From Eledone cirrhosa (Eukaryota): a stretch of 64,000 nucleotides of DNA. The notes beneath the pieces were generated by a model that was not told the origin of the DNA, made no database searches, and worked only from the letters and a program-made list of their open reading frames with translations. The stretch is from contig OZ024753.1 in NCBI GenBank assembly GCA_964016885.1, positions 30,132,001-30,196,000 on the forward strand, in the 5' to 3' direction. Of this stretch, positions 44,995-58,590 are shown piece by piece. A program made the position numbers and the translations under genes. Every line of letters starts with the position of its first letter. Position 1 is the stretch's first letter.

Positions 44995-45508
44995 AGGGGA
45001 GTGATGGCTAAGGATGAGAATAGAAGAGCAGTGATGCTAAGGAGGAGAATAAAAGGGGAGTGATGACTAAGAGGGGAAGTAGGAGGGGCGTGATGGCTAA
45101 GGATGGGAATAGAAGAGCAGTGATGCTAAGGAGGAGAATAAAAGGAGAGTGATGACTAAGAGGGGAAGTAGGAGGGGCGTGATGGCTAAGGATGGGAATA
45201 GAAGGTGAGAGATGGCTAAGGATGAGAATAGAAGAGCAATGATGCTAAGGAGGAGAATAAAAGGGGAGTGATGACTAAGAGGGGAAGTAGGAGGGGAGTG
45301 ATGGCTAAGGATGGGAATAGAAGGGGAGTGATGGCTAAGGAAGAGAATAGAAGGTGAGAGATGGCTAAGGATGAGAATAGAAGGGGATTGATGGCTAAGG
45401 ATGGGAATAGAAGGGGAGTGATGGCTAAGGAAGAGAATAGAAGGTGAGAGATGGCTAAGGATGAGAATAGAAGGGGATTGATGGCTAAGGATGGGAATAG
45501 AAGGGGAG
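44995..45508. repeat. ~30-bp purine-rich minisatellite in intron 2
   Basis: Unit resembles ggggagtgatggctaaggatgggaatagaa, with variants. Confidence 0.93.
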
Positions 45509-45692
45509 TACTTCACTGGTACTTTATTTTATCAACTCTGGAGGGATGAAAAGCAAAGTTGACCTTGGTGGGATTTGAACTCAGAACGTAAAACATTGTA
45601 ACTAAATACCACAAGCATTTTGTCCGATGTTTTACTGATACTGCCAATCCACCATCCTATAAGAATAAATAATAATAAAGTGTTGAACTTAC

Positions 45693-45878
45693 CAGCACAT
45701 GCATTCCATACGTAAAGACCAAATGGTCCTGTGATAGTTTCTATTGGTTTACCAAATAAATTATAAAGTGAGAATCCAGCAGCCAAAAGACCCCAAACAA
45801 TTGCTAGTAAGTGCAACACAACGACACCAATCCACATGCCATAATCCATTAGATTCATGTCTTTGATATCACGGCTTA
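45693..45878 (-). CDS. CLRN: Clarin-family protein, coding exon 2 (186 nt)
   Basis: Acceptor tttatttcAG and donor G|GTAAGT, phase 1-1. Motif FSLYNLFGKPIETITGPFGLYVWN matches clarin FxxYNxFGKPxETxxGPxGLY. Confidence 0.93.
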
Positions 45879-45964
45879 CTGAAATAAATAAAAATCAATA
45901 AACACTTAATGATTTCATTTAGTTACAGATAGCAAAATATCTGTAAGACAATCAATATAATCAA

Positions 45965-46370
45965 TTAACCCTTTAGCATTTAAACTGGCTTTATCTAGCC
46001 AGAATTCTCTCACTTTTTTTCTGTTCAAACTTGCTGTAACTGGTCACTCACACTGATGTTAAGGTATTGTTCTCAAAATAGATAATATCAAAATCTCATA
46101 GATTCGATATTATGTGAGATAAAGCCTTTATAGTGAAAATATAATAGTAAATATAGAGAAATGTAATTGCTAAAGGGTTAAACCGGCTGTATCCGGCCAG
46201 AATTCTTTTCCCTTTTTGAAACCAGCCATAACCAGCAGCTCACACTGCCGTTAAAGTATTGTTCTCAAAATAAATAATATCAAAATCTCATAGATTCAAT
46301 ATTATGTGAGATAAAGCTTTTACTGTGAAAATACAATAGTAAATATAGAGTAATGTAAAAGATAAAGGGT
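45965..46370. mobile_element. piggyBac-like MITE (TTAA-CCCTTTAGCA...TGCTAAAGGG-TTAA, 45965-46181) plus a tandem second copy
   Basis: Terminal inverted repeats with TTAA flanks. Opposite-orientation copies at 47184-47406 and 48417-48620. Confidence 0.7.
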
Positions 46371-48775
46371 GTAAGGTGGTAGAGTTGTAATACAAAAGTA
46401 ATTGAGCTTCTATTTCTAACAACTTGAGCAACTTTATAGAGAATGGCTGTCAGTAACGGAGGGTTTATTTATGACATTGTTTTATATTGAATAGAGACAA
46501 GTATGTAAATAAATGAAAGTCTTGCACCACCAAAACTAAACAGTCATCCTGTGTCAATACGTCTCTACAATTGGTCTTTGTAGAATGTAAAAAAACTGGA
46601 CTTCTTGTACCCCAGTGACTTTGAGGAAACCTATTGAATAATTAAATATATTTTCTTTTACTGTTTAGTCAGAGAGGGAACAGCAATGCTGATGAGCCTT
46701 TTTCAGAACCTCTGAAACTGGTGGGAGGTAGGGGGGAAAGTATCTTCAAACTGGAGACCTGCTCCAAATGCTTGTAACAGAGAGGACCCTGCTAAAGGCA
46801 CCAAAGGACGAGGTGGTGATGTGAAATTGGGTAACATATTAAGTCTACCACCCAAGGACCAGGTGGTGGTGTTAAACTGGGCGATAGATTAAGTCTACCA
46901 CCCAAGGACCAGGTGGTGGTGTTAAACTGGGCAACAAATTCAGTCTACTGCCCAAGTAAGCTACAGCAGGATTTGAACTCAGGATATATGGAACTAGAAA
47001 CTATTTCGTCATTTGCTCTAACAATCTAGCCCCGTACTAGCACTATATTTTATTTTATTGACCCAGAAAGAATGAAAAGCAAAGTTGACTTTAATGGGAT
47101 TTGAACTCTGCAAGCTGGAACAAATACTGCAAGGAATTTTGTCCTATCAGTGAACAACTCTAAGCAAGATACACTTTTTTACATTAACCCTTTAGCATTT
47201 ACATTACTCTATATTTACTATTGTATTTTCACAGTAAACACTTTATTTCACATACTTATTTCACATAATATCGAAACTATGAGATTTTAATATCATTTAT
47301 TTTGTGAACAATACCTTCATATATGTATGAACAGCCAGTTACAACCAGTTTGAACAGAAAAAGGTGAGAGAATTCTGGTTGGATACTGCTGGTTTAAATG
47401 CTAAAGTACGTTAAAATGTTAAGGTACGTTTAACTAAACTAGAAATGTTCTAAGAAATCAATAATCTTTCACTTACAAAGATCACAACTTGTTTAGAATG
47501 TTGTGCAAATGGAAGTTTAAAAAATATATATATAACCAAGTTGTTTTATTGATTTATTTCTTCTTTACATAAAATATTTTACCCCAGACTCTAGTCTGGC
47601 AATACAAATATGTTGAGGATTGAGCACAAGGCCATCAATCTTGGTGACAGTTGATTAAATTGACCCCAGTACTTTACTAGTACTGTATTTTATCAACCTT
47701 GAAAGGATGAAAGGCAAAGTTGACCTCAGCAGGATTGTAAAAATAATGTTTTGTGGGAGTTGTAGGGATGTCATATTGATATACAATGTTTCTAGGGCAT
47801 CTATTTTAACACCACCACCTGGCCCCTGGATGGCAGACTTACTCTGTCATCTATTTTAACACCATCACCTGACCCTATGATGGTGGACTTTATCTATCAT
47901 CTATTTTAACACCAATTCCTGGCCCTTGGGTGGTAGACTTAATTTATCACCTATTTTAACATCTCTATGATGGTAGTCTTAAACTGCTCCCTTGGCCCTT
48001 GGGTGACTTTAGTGGAGTTCACTCCCTTGCAAGCTTCCTCCATCCTGGATTAACTATTAAGCAAAATAAGTGCATGCTTATTTTTTTTTGCAGACTTTAG
48101 ATATAAGGGACACCATAATCTCTTATGTGCTTAGGGCCTCAAAAGGACTTAATCCAGCACTGTCTTTCCTTCACCCTTCACGAATCTAGGAAACCTTGAA
48201 AAGGCTCATAGGTCATTGTCCTTCCTCCTAACTAACCAATTAAAAAGAAATTAAAGTCAAGCAACAGGACTTTGGCTGCTATGCACAAAGTTCATTATTT
48301 CAAAGTTGACTTTTATTGGTTTTATACTAAAAGAAAGGAAAGAAAGATTTTGGTCCCATCCAAAGTAAGCTACAAGGCAGCTGTAATTGGATTGCTAATA
48401 CATAAAGGACAGTCTTTTAACACTTTAACATTTATATTACTCTATATATACTATTATATTTTCAAGGTAAAGACTTTATCTCACATAATATTGAATCTAT
48501 GATATTTATTTTGAGAACAATACCTTAACACCAGTATGAGTGGCCAGTTATGGCTGGTTTGAACAGAAAGAGTTGGGAGAATTCTGGTTGGATACTGCCG
48601 GTTTAAATGCTAAAGGGTTACTAATGAGACATTTAGCTATTTTACTAAATCCTACTAAATTCTTGATTATTTTCAAAATTATCTGAAAATTATTGGCTTT
48701 TATGACTTCCCAAAGGTTCTTCTTTATCACCATAACCATCTTGCCAACTACAACCCTGAGTACCTTTTTCATTTC

Positions 48776-49125
48776 CATGTGTCTAACACACATGGGCATG
48801 CCAACAAAGTCAGAAAACAGCACAGTTCCCATGACTTTCGGAAATATTTTTTCACGCTCAGAGTTGCTGAAGCATGGAACAAACTACCTGTATCAGTTGT
48901 TAGATGTCGAGACACTTCATCCTTTAAAACCTCCAAGCTTCCTGAGATTCGCCAACACTACACCTAATACTCCCCCCCCCCATACACATACACACATGTA
49001 TATCATGACTCATACACTATTCACTTCCCTGACATTTGTACATTATTCTATACTATATATGCACCTTTGATGAGTTGTAGTGCACCAGAGCACTGTACAC
49101 AATAATTTCATTATTATTATTATTA
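48776..49125 (+). mobile_element. CR1-type LINE 3' fragment (others at 49218-49415 +, 50860-51020 -)
   Basis: Matches 56560-56905. (ATT)n tail. Confidence 0.88.
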
Positions 49126-52046
49126 TTTTTATATCATCATCATCATCATCATCATCGTTTAACATCTATCTTCCCGGCTAGCATGGGTTTGAAGACATTT
49201 ACATGCATGATTTTTTTGCTTCCTGAAATTCGCCAACACTACACCTGATATTCCCTCTCCATACACACACACGCATATGTGTGAGTGTCTGTGTGTATAT
49301 CACGACTCATACACTGTTCACCTTCCTGACATTTGTACATTATTCTATGTACTATACACGTACTTTTGATGAGTTGTAGTGCACCTGAGCATTGTACACA
49401 ATAATTTTTATTATTTCTACACATTCACAGTTTCTCTCAACATTGTTCTTCTTCCATCATGATGATGTTGTTGTTGAACCTCTGTCAGTTCTGATGATCA
49501 GCACTCCAGTTGATTCAATCAATGGAATCGCTTGCTCAGCAAACAGCAAAAAAGAAAAATCATCTAGAGAACCAACCACAGGCCATGCTTTCATGGAAAA
49601 AATTACATGTATTTAAGAAGGAGACACGGAAATAAATGTTGACAGATTCTTGTTAGTTCAGTGAAGTTTATTATTGATTTTGAACAGTTGATACAAGGTC
49701 ATGGATTTTGTTGGAGTAGGAATGTAGTTGATTCAACCGACTAGCAAATATTTTATTGACCAGGGGAGACTAAAGTTGACTTTAAATGTCTAACTCAGGA
49801 TGTAAAGGAATGATATTAAATACCACAACATATTTTGTGTGGTACCCTGCAAATTCTGCCACTCACCACTCCATCATCCAAATTCTTTATTAGTATATAT
49901 AGTGTTTATTAGTGTATAGGAAATAACATGAAACTATACTGTGAGTCAATGTTGTTGTTAATGTTGTTGATCTTCACCCACTTATTCCTAGGAGGGTTGT
50001 GGTGGCAGAGTTCTAAAGCTTTCCTTCCAAAAGGTTGTGTCAGAAGCAACTGTCTCGAATTGATCTGGCTGGATCTCCAAGCAAGACCAACTGAACTCAT
50101 GGATGTTATCCAACTATCTTGCTTGGGGTCTTACCCCTGGGTCTTCTGTCAGTTGGTGTGTGTTTATTAGTGCATACAAATGCCATAAAACTACACTGTC
50201 AGCCAATGTTAAATTGACAAATATATAAACTACTTATTACAGATAATTCCCCTTATATAAGTTTGAAATTATATATCTTAAGCCTGTGTCAAAACCAGAT
50301 TTACAACTCATGATGACATAATCACAAAATGGAAAAAAACCCTGCTGTACCTAGTTTGATTTGGGCCTCCCCTCGGGCAAAACACAACCCACCTTTATTT
50401 ATTTTACTTATAAACGAAATGTCTGATTGTTAGAGATTAGACATTGTGGTAAATGATTTAGTTTTGTCATGTACTATCAAATATTTAGATTTAGTCAGCT
50501 GAGCATTCATATGTCAAAAAATTACATATATAGATTTTCTTTTACACACACACGCACACACACACACACACACTGTCACAGATAACAAACAAATACAAAT
50601 AAATGTCTTATAAAATCAACAATGGTCACAACTACCACTGCTACTTTTAATCTAATATGTTACATTTCGTGAGCAAATTGTGATTAAAAAATAGTTTTCA
50701 ATTTACTTCCGTTTACTAAATAAAGACAATTTTATAGTTGTACAGAATATACACACCCAAGTTGCTTACATAGCATATATAACTCATCATAGGATACTAA
50801 CCCACCTAAAGCTGTCTCTGGTTCAATGAAACAAAAAACCCATTTTAAAAGGTTCCTATGATAATAATAATAATGAAAATATTGTGTACAGTGCTCAGGT
50901 GCACTACAACTCGTCAAAGGTGCATATATATAGTACATAGAATAATGTACAAATGTCAGAAAAGTGAACAGTGATTGAGTCATGATATACATGTGTGCGT
51001 GTGTATGGAGGGGGGGGGGTCATTTTAAAGGGTTCATGTTTAAATTAAGATCTTCCAATATAATTCTATGTTAAGTTACTATCTTAGTAATGAAATAATT
51101 AATACTTTTAGTAAATCCCTCAAAATTCCTCATTAATTAATTGAAATAGAGTGTAGTTCATTAGAAATATGTCCCCTAAAGGGTTAAAGGTATTGTATAA
51201 AATCAATGTTAAGTGTATTGCTCACTCGCCATCAAACTGGGAAGACCCCCAACTCATATCTGAGGGTTCGGAGTCATGGACTTATGGACTGGCACTCTTC
51301 ATCTTTTCCTATCTCTTGCCATTGCAAGTGTATATTAGTCATGTTTTGATCCTAATCAAATAAACTAGCAATCTTTTATAGCCCCCTATTGTTTATAGGT
51401 CTGGTACTAAACCTGGTTTTCTGTAAAATGAAGTGAATGATAAATCACACCTAAAGAGGGTATTAGACTAACTAAAACAGTTAATTTCTTCAGAAAAGCT
51501 TGGTAGCCATTCTTCCACAAGGTAAACTGACAAATATATAGTGTTTTTATATGGTTAAAATGACTCTACTATGTAGTATTTGTTTTAGTTTCAACACAGT
51601 CTCAGATCAAGTCACTTTCTAGACAAGCACAATCCGAAAACAATGATAATCTAGTCCCAAATATACTTAAAAAGATGATGGGATATATATCATCATCATC
51701 ATCATTGTTTAACGTCCATTTTCCATGGTTATATGGGTTAGATGTTTCACCCACATCATGAGACAAGTCTGGCCAGATTGGTTGCGCAGTACCTTGCTCA
51801 GATGGAGCTGTAAATTTGGCCGGGATTTTTACAACTGGTTGCCCTTCCTAATACCAACCACATTTACAGATAGATATAAGGAAATATTTATTTTGGGGTG
51901 TGAATAACAGAATCCATGAAACAGTTGTTCAAAATGCTAACCACTCTACCCTTTGATCTCTCAACTGTGTATAATATTCTAACTAGCGTGATAAGTTAAG
52001 GCCAAGGTCTTTGAAAAATATGCTTCCTTCATTCAAGAAAGTAGTT

Positions 52047-52056
52047 TGATGACGAC

Positions 52057-52121
<65 letters not shown>

Positions 52122-52200
52122 CGACGATGATGATTATGGTGATGATGATGATGACGATGACAATGAGAACAATAATAATGATGATGATGATGATGATGAC
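52047..52200. repeat. (GAT)n microsatellite
   Basis: Seen directly. Confidence 0.95.
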
Positions 52201-52514
52201 TACAATAACAATGTTTTATTGAAGCATTTCTCAAAATTATTCAAAACATTGAATAAGACATTTGCAAATAAACCACATCAAATACTAAAGCTTTCTTAGC
52301 TTTATTAAAAAGTGAGATATACAATACAGAGAAAATAGTTCTCAGTTTAACCTTTGTAAGCATTGTTAAAATTCCAGCTAAAAAGTTTTTTATTCTATCT
52401 TGAGATAACAGTGACTTTTGTTTGTTAGTTTCTTTTTTAAATTACATATCTACAAATTATTATTATCTTATATAATTTTTTTATTTTATCAAACACAAAA
52501 TGTGTTTGATATGA

Positions 52515-52770
52515 CTGGTGACATGACAAAAAAGCTCTTAGTCCACCCTGTAAGATGGTCGTGCTGGTGACATGAAAAAAGTGCTCAGTCCACCCTGTAA
52601 GATGGTCGTGCTGGTGACATGACAAAAAAGCACTTAGTCCACCCTGTAAGATGGTCGTGCTGGTCACATGAAAAAAGTGCTCAGTCCACCCTGTAAGATG
52701 GTCGTACTGGTTATATGAAAAAAGTGCTCAGTTCCCCCTGTAAGGTGGTTGTGCTGGTGACACAACAAAA
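52515..52770 (+). repeat. ~47-bp tandem repeat related to the RTE/SINE 3'-UTR repeat
   Basis: Unit aaaaaagtgctcagtccaccctgtaagatggtcgtgctggtgacatg, about 5 copies. Resembles 36760-36850. Confidence 0.8.
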
Positions 52771-52988
52771 ACATATATATATATATATATGAGAAAAACC
52801 ACAGACTCTCCATCTCAACTCTACTTTTGAAAAGCAGAAGAACTGCGAAACCGGAAAAGGAACCAAATAAATATATATATATTTTTAAAAATAAGACTCC
52901 AGTTGCATTTTCGATTTCATCTTTTTTCCTTATACTTTCACTCATGTAGGACCCCTCGGTTATTTTTCATTTTGTAAAAAAACCTCAC

Positions 52989-53087
<99 letters not shown>

Positions 53088-53162
53088 ATATACAACTAAT
53101 ATAGTAAGCACTACTACTACTACTACTCAGCAACAACAACAACCACCACCACCACTATCACG

Positions 53163-53194
<32 letters not shown>

Positions 53195-53365
53195 AGCAAC
53201 AACCATCATGACCACCACCACTACAACATATCACCTTGTATCTAGGCTACATGTAGATTTAAAGCTGAGACCACCCAATGTTACCTTTGGAAAGAGGACT
53301 AAGTATATTGGCTGTACACACTACTTGAGTAGTTGCTTATCAAACCAACGACAGAGCCTATATAT

Positions 53366-53770
53366 GGACACACAAGATGGTAGAAATAGCAGCCTAATCT
53401 CCATCAGATCACAGCTGACTGGACACACAAGATGGTAGAAATAGCAGCCTAATCTCCATCAGATCACAGCTGACTGGACACACAAGATGGTAGAAATAGC
53501 AGCCTAATCTCCATCAGATCACAGCTGACTGGACACACAAGATGGTAGAAATAGCAGCCCAATCTCCATCAGATCACAGCTGACTGGACACACAAGATGG
53601 TAGAAATAGCAGCCTAATCTCCATCAGATCACAGCTGACTGGACACACAAGATGGTAGAAATAACAGCCTAATCTCCATCAGATCACAGCTTAATCTCCA
53701 TAAGATCACAGGTGACTGGACACACAAGATGGTAGAAATAGCAGCCTAATCTCCATCAGATCACAGCTTA
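53366..53770. repeat. 55-bp minisatellite, left part (~7 units)
   Basis: Unit ggacacacaagatggtagaaatagcagcctaatctccatcagatcacagctgact. Confidence 0.95.
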
Positions 53771-56700
53771 AACTCAGCACAACATGAAAGTTTTAGTCTG
53801 CGTGATGATGGGCAGATCTGGAGGTTTGTCAAGGCTGGTGAAACGTGGAAGAGAGATACCAGCTGGTCTGAGTGTGATCTACCCACAATAACTGGCAATG
53901 TAAAAACTGCTACAACTCTGGGAAACTAAACCAGAACAACCTGCCACCCTCTACACACCATCATAAACTGCGAGCAGGGTACAAATTGTTGTCCTTAAAT
54001 GCTCGCAGTTTATGCAACAAGATACATCTGTTTGAATCCTACGTCAGAAGCATCGACCCTGACTTCATCACAGTCACAGAAACATGGGCACATTCCTTAC
54101 TCTGTGATGGAGTTTTCAGCATTACTGGGTACAACCTTTTCCGCAAGGACCGCATTAATCGCCGTGGTGGTGGTGTGATGGTCTACGTTCGTTCAAACTT
54201 TTTGGTAATTCCTTGCGTTGATTTGAACGAATCACAGGAAGAAGTTTTTTTCTGTGACATACGTATGACCATGTCAACACTTCTGCTTGGTGTTGTTTAT
54301 CGCACCCCAAACTACCATCAGGACATACAGCTTTGCGATATCCTCAGAGTTGCTGCCAAGAAAACAGCCACTTATGTGTTTATTGCAGGTGACTTCAATC
54401 ATCCTGAGATCGATTGGGAAACCTTTCGTTGGCCACAAGGTACAAACGATTTCCTTGAACTAGTGCTGGACTCAAACTGGTCACAAGTAGTCACCTCTCC
54501 AACAAGAGGTGACAACACTTTGGACCTGATCTTCACCACTACTCCTGAAGTGGTTATCAGTTGTACTACTGAGGAACCTCTAGGCGACTCTGATCATGCT
54601 ATGATCATTGCCAATCTGGCACTTGAGGGCAGCAACAAAAACCAGAGCCATCTCCAATCTGCTTGCTTTGATTGGAAGAGGGCGGATTGGAACTTGTACT
54701 GCACTGAGCTACAGTGCCCAAACTGGCATGAGATGTATAACTCTGGAGATGTGAACACTATACTCCAGAGCATCCTGGACTTGATATGGATAGCGTGTGC
54801 AGCATCGGTGCCACATAAGCGGAAAAATAACCACCCCAAAAGTGCAATTTGGGAAACTTCAGCGGTCCGACTTGCCAGGAAAGAACGTCGGAACGCTGAA
54901 CGGGAATATAAACTGCATAGATCAGATGCCAACAGAAAAAAGCGGAATAAATCTTCTAACCATCTCAAGCAAGTGACAAAGAAGGCAGAGCTTGAATTTG
55001 AACAGTGCATAGCAACCAATCCTGACAGTAAGGTGTTCTGGAAATATGTCCATTCAAAGCAGAGACCTCACTCTCCAGTTGGTCCTCTTCGCAATCCCCA
55101 CACAAGCCAGATCACTGACGATCCCAAAGAATGCACAGAACTCATTGCTGAGTGCTATGCAAGTATTTTTACTGTTGAAAACCAGAATGTACCATCTCCA
55201 CCATCTCTAACATCAAATTCCATAACAACTATGGAATTTACACCTGCAATGTTGCGAACTCACCTTAAGAATAAGCGCAACTATGCCTCCCCTGGTCTTG
55301 ATGGTGTGACATACCTGCTTCTCAAACATGGCGGGTATTTCCTTTTGCGCCAGCTTTCTTTCTTCTTTCAATACTGTCTCAACAATGGTGCTACTCCGGA
55401 GCAATGGAAAACTGCCAGTGTCATTCCCCTGTTCAAAAAGGGCAACCGCATGTCACCTGTCAACTATCGTCCAGTCAGTCTTACTAGCTGTATGGCCAAA
55501 CTGATGGAATCCTGTGTCAGAGAAACACTTTGGAACTTCTGGAGCTCTCACAGCCTCATCCGGCCCTCACAGTTTGGATTTATCCCTAACTCCAGCTGCT
55601 GTGATCAGCTTATCGAGTTCCTTGAAGACATCACCCGAATCACTGACAGCGGCTCATGGGTGGATGTTGTTTACCTTGACTTTGCTAAGGCTTTTAATTC
55701 TGTGCCACACAAAAGACTTATGGCAAAACTCTCTGCAATGGGTGTGAGGGATGATCTTTTCGACTGGTTGAAATCCTTCATTCTCAGCCGAAAAGAAGTA
55801 GTCACGGTTCTAGGACAGCATTCTTCACCATATGAGATGTCATCTGGTGTACCACAGGGATCTGTTCTTGGTCCCCTTTTGTTTGTGGCATATATTAATG
55901 ACATAGATGCCAACTTACAGAATGCCACGGTACTGAAATATGCAGATGACATCAAGCTGTACCTTGAAATCAAAAGGACTGATCCTGAAATTTACAACTC
56001 TTTCCTACAATCAGACCTGAACACAATGCAGCAATGGATCACAGACTGGCAACTGAAGCTGGCTGTGAACAAGTGTACCACCATGCATTTTGGAAGGAAA
56101 AATCCAGCGTCCACATACTCCCTCCACAACACTGATATCAAGAAGTCCTCTTGTGAACGTGACCTGGGCATTACTGTCAGCAGCGATTTGCGTTGGACAA
56201 AGCATGTCTCTAAGATTGTCAAGAAGGCCGAGGGTGTCTTGGCATCACTCAGCAAGACCTTTGTTAGCCGCTCTCCAGCCATCTATTTAAAACTGTATAC
56301 AGCTATGGTACGACCACACTTGGAATTCGCATCATCAGTCTGGAACCCCTATCTTGCTCAGAACATTGACCTCCCGGAAACTGTTCAGAGACGTGCAACC
56401 AAGTGCATACCCTCCATCAGACACCTACCATACTCTGAACGCCTTGCTTCCCTGGGCATGGATTCATTGAAGCTCCGACGTCTGGCAATGGACTTGGTGA
56501 ATACCCACAAAGTTATTAACCATCTCACCAATTGCAACCCTGAGCACCTTTTTGATCTACATGTGTCTAACACACGTGGACATGCCTACAAAATCAAAAA
56601 ATAGCACAGCTCCCATGACTTTCGCAGACATTTTTTCACACTCAGAGTTGCTGAAGCATGGAACAAACTGCCTGTGTCAGTTGTTAGCTGCCGAGACACT

Positions 56701-57022
56701 GCATCCTTTAAGACACTCATGCTTCCCGAAATATGCCAAAACTACACCTGATGTACCCCTTCCATACACATGCACACGTGTGTATCATGACTCGTGCACT
56801 GTTCATTTTACTGATGTTTGTGCATTGCCCTATGTCCTGTACATGCACTTTTTGATGAGTTGTGGTGCACCTGGGCACTGTACACAATATTTCATTATTA
56901 TTATATCATGACTCATACACTGTTCATTTTCCTGACATTTGTACATTATTCTATGTACTATACATGCACCTTTGATGAGTTGTAGTGCACCTGAGCACTG
57001 TACACAATAATTTCATTATTAT
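53771..57022 (+). mobile_element. CR1-group LINE, 5'-truncated, with near-intact ORF2 and duplicated 3' UTR; antisense in clarin intron 1
   Basis: APE + RT ORF. (ATT)n tails at ~56900 and ~57020. It interrupts the 55-bp minisatellite. Confidence 0.92.
53986..56604 (+). CDS. LINE ORF2: apurinic-like endonuclease and reverse transcriptase (872 aa; premature TAG near the C-terminus)
   Basis: LNARSL, TETW, GDFN, LDLI, SDH, YLDFAKAFNSV, GVPQGSVLGP, YADD, NTRGH. The frame continues past the TAG (HFFTLRVAEAWNKLP). The copy near 48818 has CAG at that position. Confidence 0.88.
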   Translation: MLSLNARSLCNKIHLFESYVRSIDPDFITVTETWAHSLLCDGVFSITGYNLFRKDRINRRGGGVMVYVRSNFLVIPCVDLNESQEEVFFCDIRMTMSTLLLGVVYRTPNYHQDIQLCDILRVAAKKTATYVFIAGDFNHPEIDWETFRWPQGTNDFLELVLDSNWSQVVTSPTRGDNTLDLIFTTTPEVVISCTTEEPLGDSDHAMIIANLALEGSNKNQSHLQSACFDWKRADWNLYCTELQCPNWHEMYNSGDVNTILQSILDLIWIACAASVPHKRKNNHPKSAIWETSAVRLARKERRNAEREYKLHRSDANRKKRNKSSNHLKQVTKKAELEFEQCIATNPDSKVFWKYVHSKQRPHSPVGPLRNPHTSQITDDPKECTELIAECYASIFTVENQNVPSPPSLTSNSITTMEFTPAMLRTHLKNKRNYASPGLDGVTYLLLKHGGYFLLRQLSFFFQYCLNNGATPEQWKTASVIPLFKKGNRMSPVNYRPVSLTSCMAKLMESCVRETLWNFWSSHSLIRPSQFGFIPNSSCCDQLIEFLEDITRITDSGSWVDVVYLDFAKAFNSVPHKRLMAKLSAMGVRDDLFDWLKSFILSRKEVVTVLGQHSSPYEMSSGVPQGSVLGPLLFVAYINDIDANLQNATVLKYADDIKLYLEIKRTDPEIYNSFLQSDLNTMQQWITDWQLKLAVNKCTTMHFGRKNPASTYSLHNTDIKKSSCERDLGITVSSDLRWTKHVSKIVKKAEGVLASLSKTFVSRSPAIYLKLYTAMVRPHLEFASSVWNPYLAQNIDLPETVQRRATKCIPSIRHLPYSERLASLGMDSLKLRRLAMDLVNTHKVINHLTNCNPEHLFDLHVSNTRGHAYKIKK

Positions 57023-58590
57023 TTTAATCTCTATAAGATAACAGGTGACTGGACACACAAGATGGTAGAAATAGCAGCCTAATCTCCATCAGATCACAGC
57101 CGACTGGACACACAAGATGGTAGAAATAGCAGCCTAATCTCCATCAGATCACAGCTGACTGGACACACAAGATGGTAGAAATAGCAGCCTAATCTCCATC
57201 AGATCACAGCCAACTGGACACACAAGATGGTAGAAATAGCAGCCTAATCTCCATCAGATCACAGCCAACTGGACACACAAGATGGTAGAAATAACAGCCT
57301 AATCTCCATCAGATCACAGCCAACTGGACACACAAGATGGTAGAAATAGCAGCCTAATCTCCATCAGATCACAGCTGACTGGACACACAAGATGGTAGAA
57401 ATAGCAGCCTAATCTCCATCAGATCACAGCCAACTGGAAACACAAGATGGTAGAAATAGCAACCTAATCTCCATCAGATCACAGCCAACTGGACACACAA
57501 GATGGGAGAAATAGCAGCCTAATCTCCATCAGATCACAGCCAACTGGACACACAAGATGGTAGAAATAGCAGCCTAATCTCCATCAGATCACAGCCAACT
57601 GGACACACAAGATGGTAGAAATAGCAGCCTAATCTCCATCAGATCACAGCCAACTGGACACACAAGATGGTAGAAATAGCAGCCTAATCTCCATCAGATC
57701 ACAGCCAACTGGACACACAAGATGGTAGAAATAGCAGCCTAATCTCCATCAGATCACAGCCAACTGGACACACAAGATGGTAGAAATAGCAGCCTAATCT
57801 CCATCAGATCACAGCCAACTGGACACACAAGATGGTAGAAATAGCAGCCTAATCTCCATCAGATCACAGCCAACTGGACACACAAGATGGTAGAAATAGC
57901 AGCCTAATCTCCATCAGATCACAGCCAACTGGACACACAAGATGGGAGAAATAGCAGCCTAATCTCCATCAGATCACAGCCAACTGGACACACAAGATGG
58001 TAGAAATAGCAGCCTAATCTCCATCAGATCACAGCTGACTGGACACACAAGATGGTAGAAATAGCAGCCTAATCTCCATCAGATCACAGCCAACTGAACA
58101 CACAAGATGGTAGAAATAGCAGCCTAATCTCCATCAGATCACAGCCAACTGGACACACAAGATGGTAGAAATAGCAGCCTAATCTCCATCAGATCACAGC
58201 CAACTGGACACACAAGATGGGAGAAATAGCAGCCTAATCTCCATCAGATCACAGCCAACTGGACACACAAGATGGTAGAAATAGCAGCCTAATCTCCATC
58301 AGATCACAGCCAACTGGACACACAAGATGGTAGAAATAGCAGCCTAATCTCCATCAGATCACAGCCAACTGGACACACAAGATGGTAGAAATAGCAGCCT
58401 AATCTCCATCAGATCACAGCCAACTGGACACACAAGATGGGAGAAATAGCAGCCTAATCTCCATCAGATCACAGCTGACTGGACACACAAGATGGTAGAA
58501 ATAGCAGCCTAATCTCCATCAGATCACAGCCGACTGGACACACAAGATGGTAGAAATAGCAGCCTAATCTCCATCAGATCACAGCTTAAT
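57023..58590. repeat. 55-bp minisatellite, right part (~28 units)
   Basis: Same unit, with variants caact/tgact/cgact. Confidence 0.96.

Noticed and set aside
46683-46730. CTGATGA...GAAAC as a hammerhead
   Set aside because: No valid stems, and the core is not retained in the related copy near 48180-48220.
51983-52234. Poly-His ORF
   Set aside because: It is the translation of a (GAT)n microsatellite.
57023-58590. CRISPR-like array
   Set aside because: No unique spacers, no cas genes and a eukaryotic context. It is a plain 55-bp VNTR.
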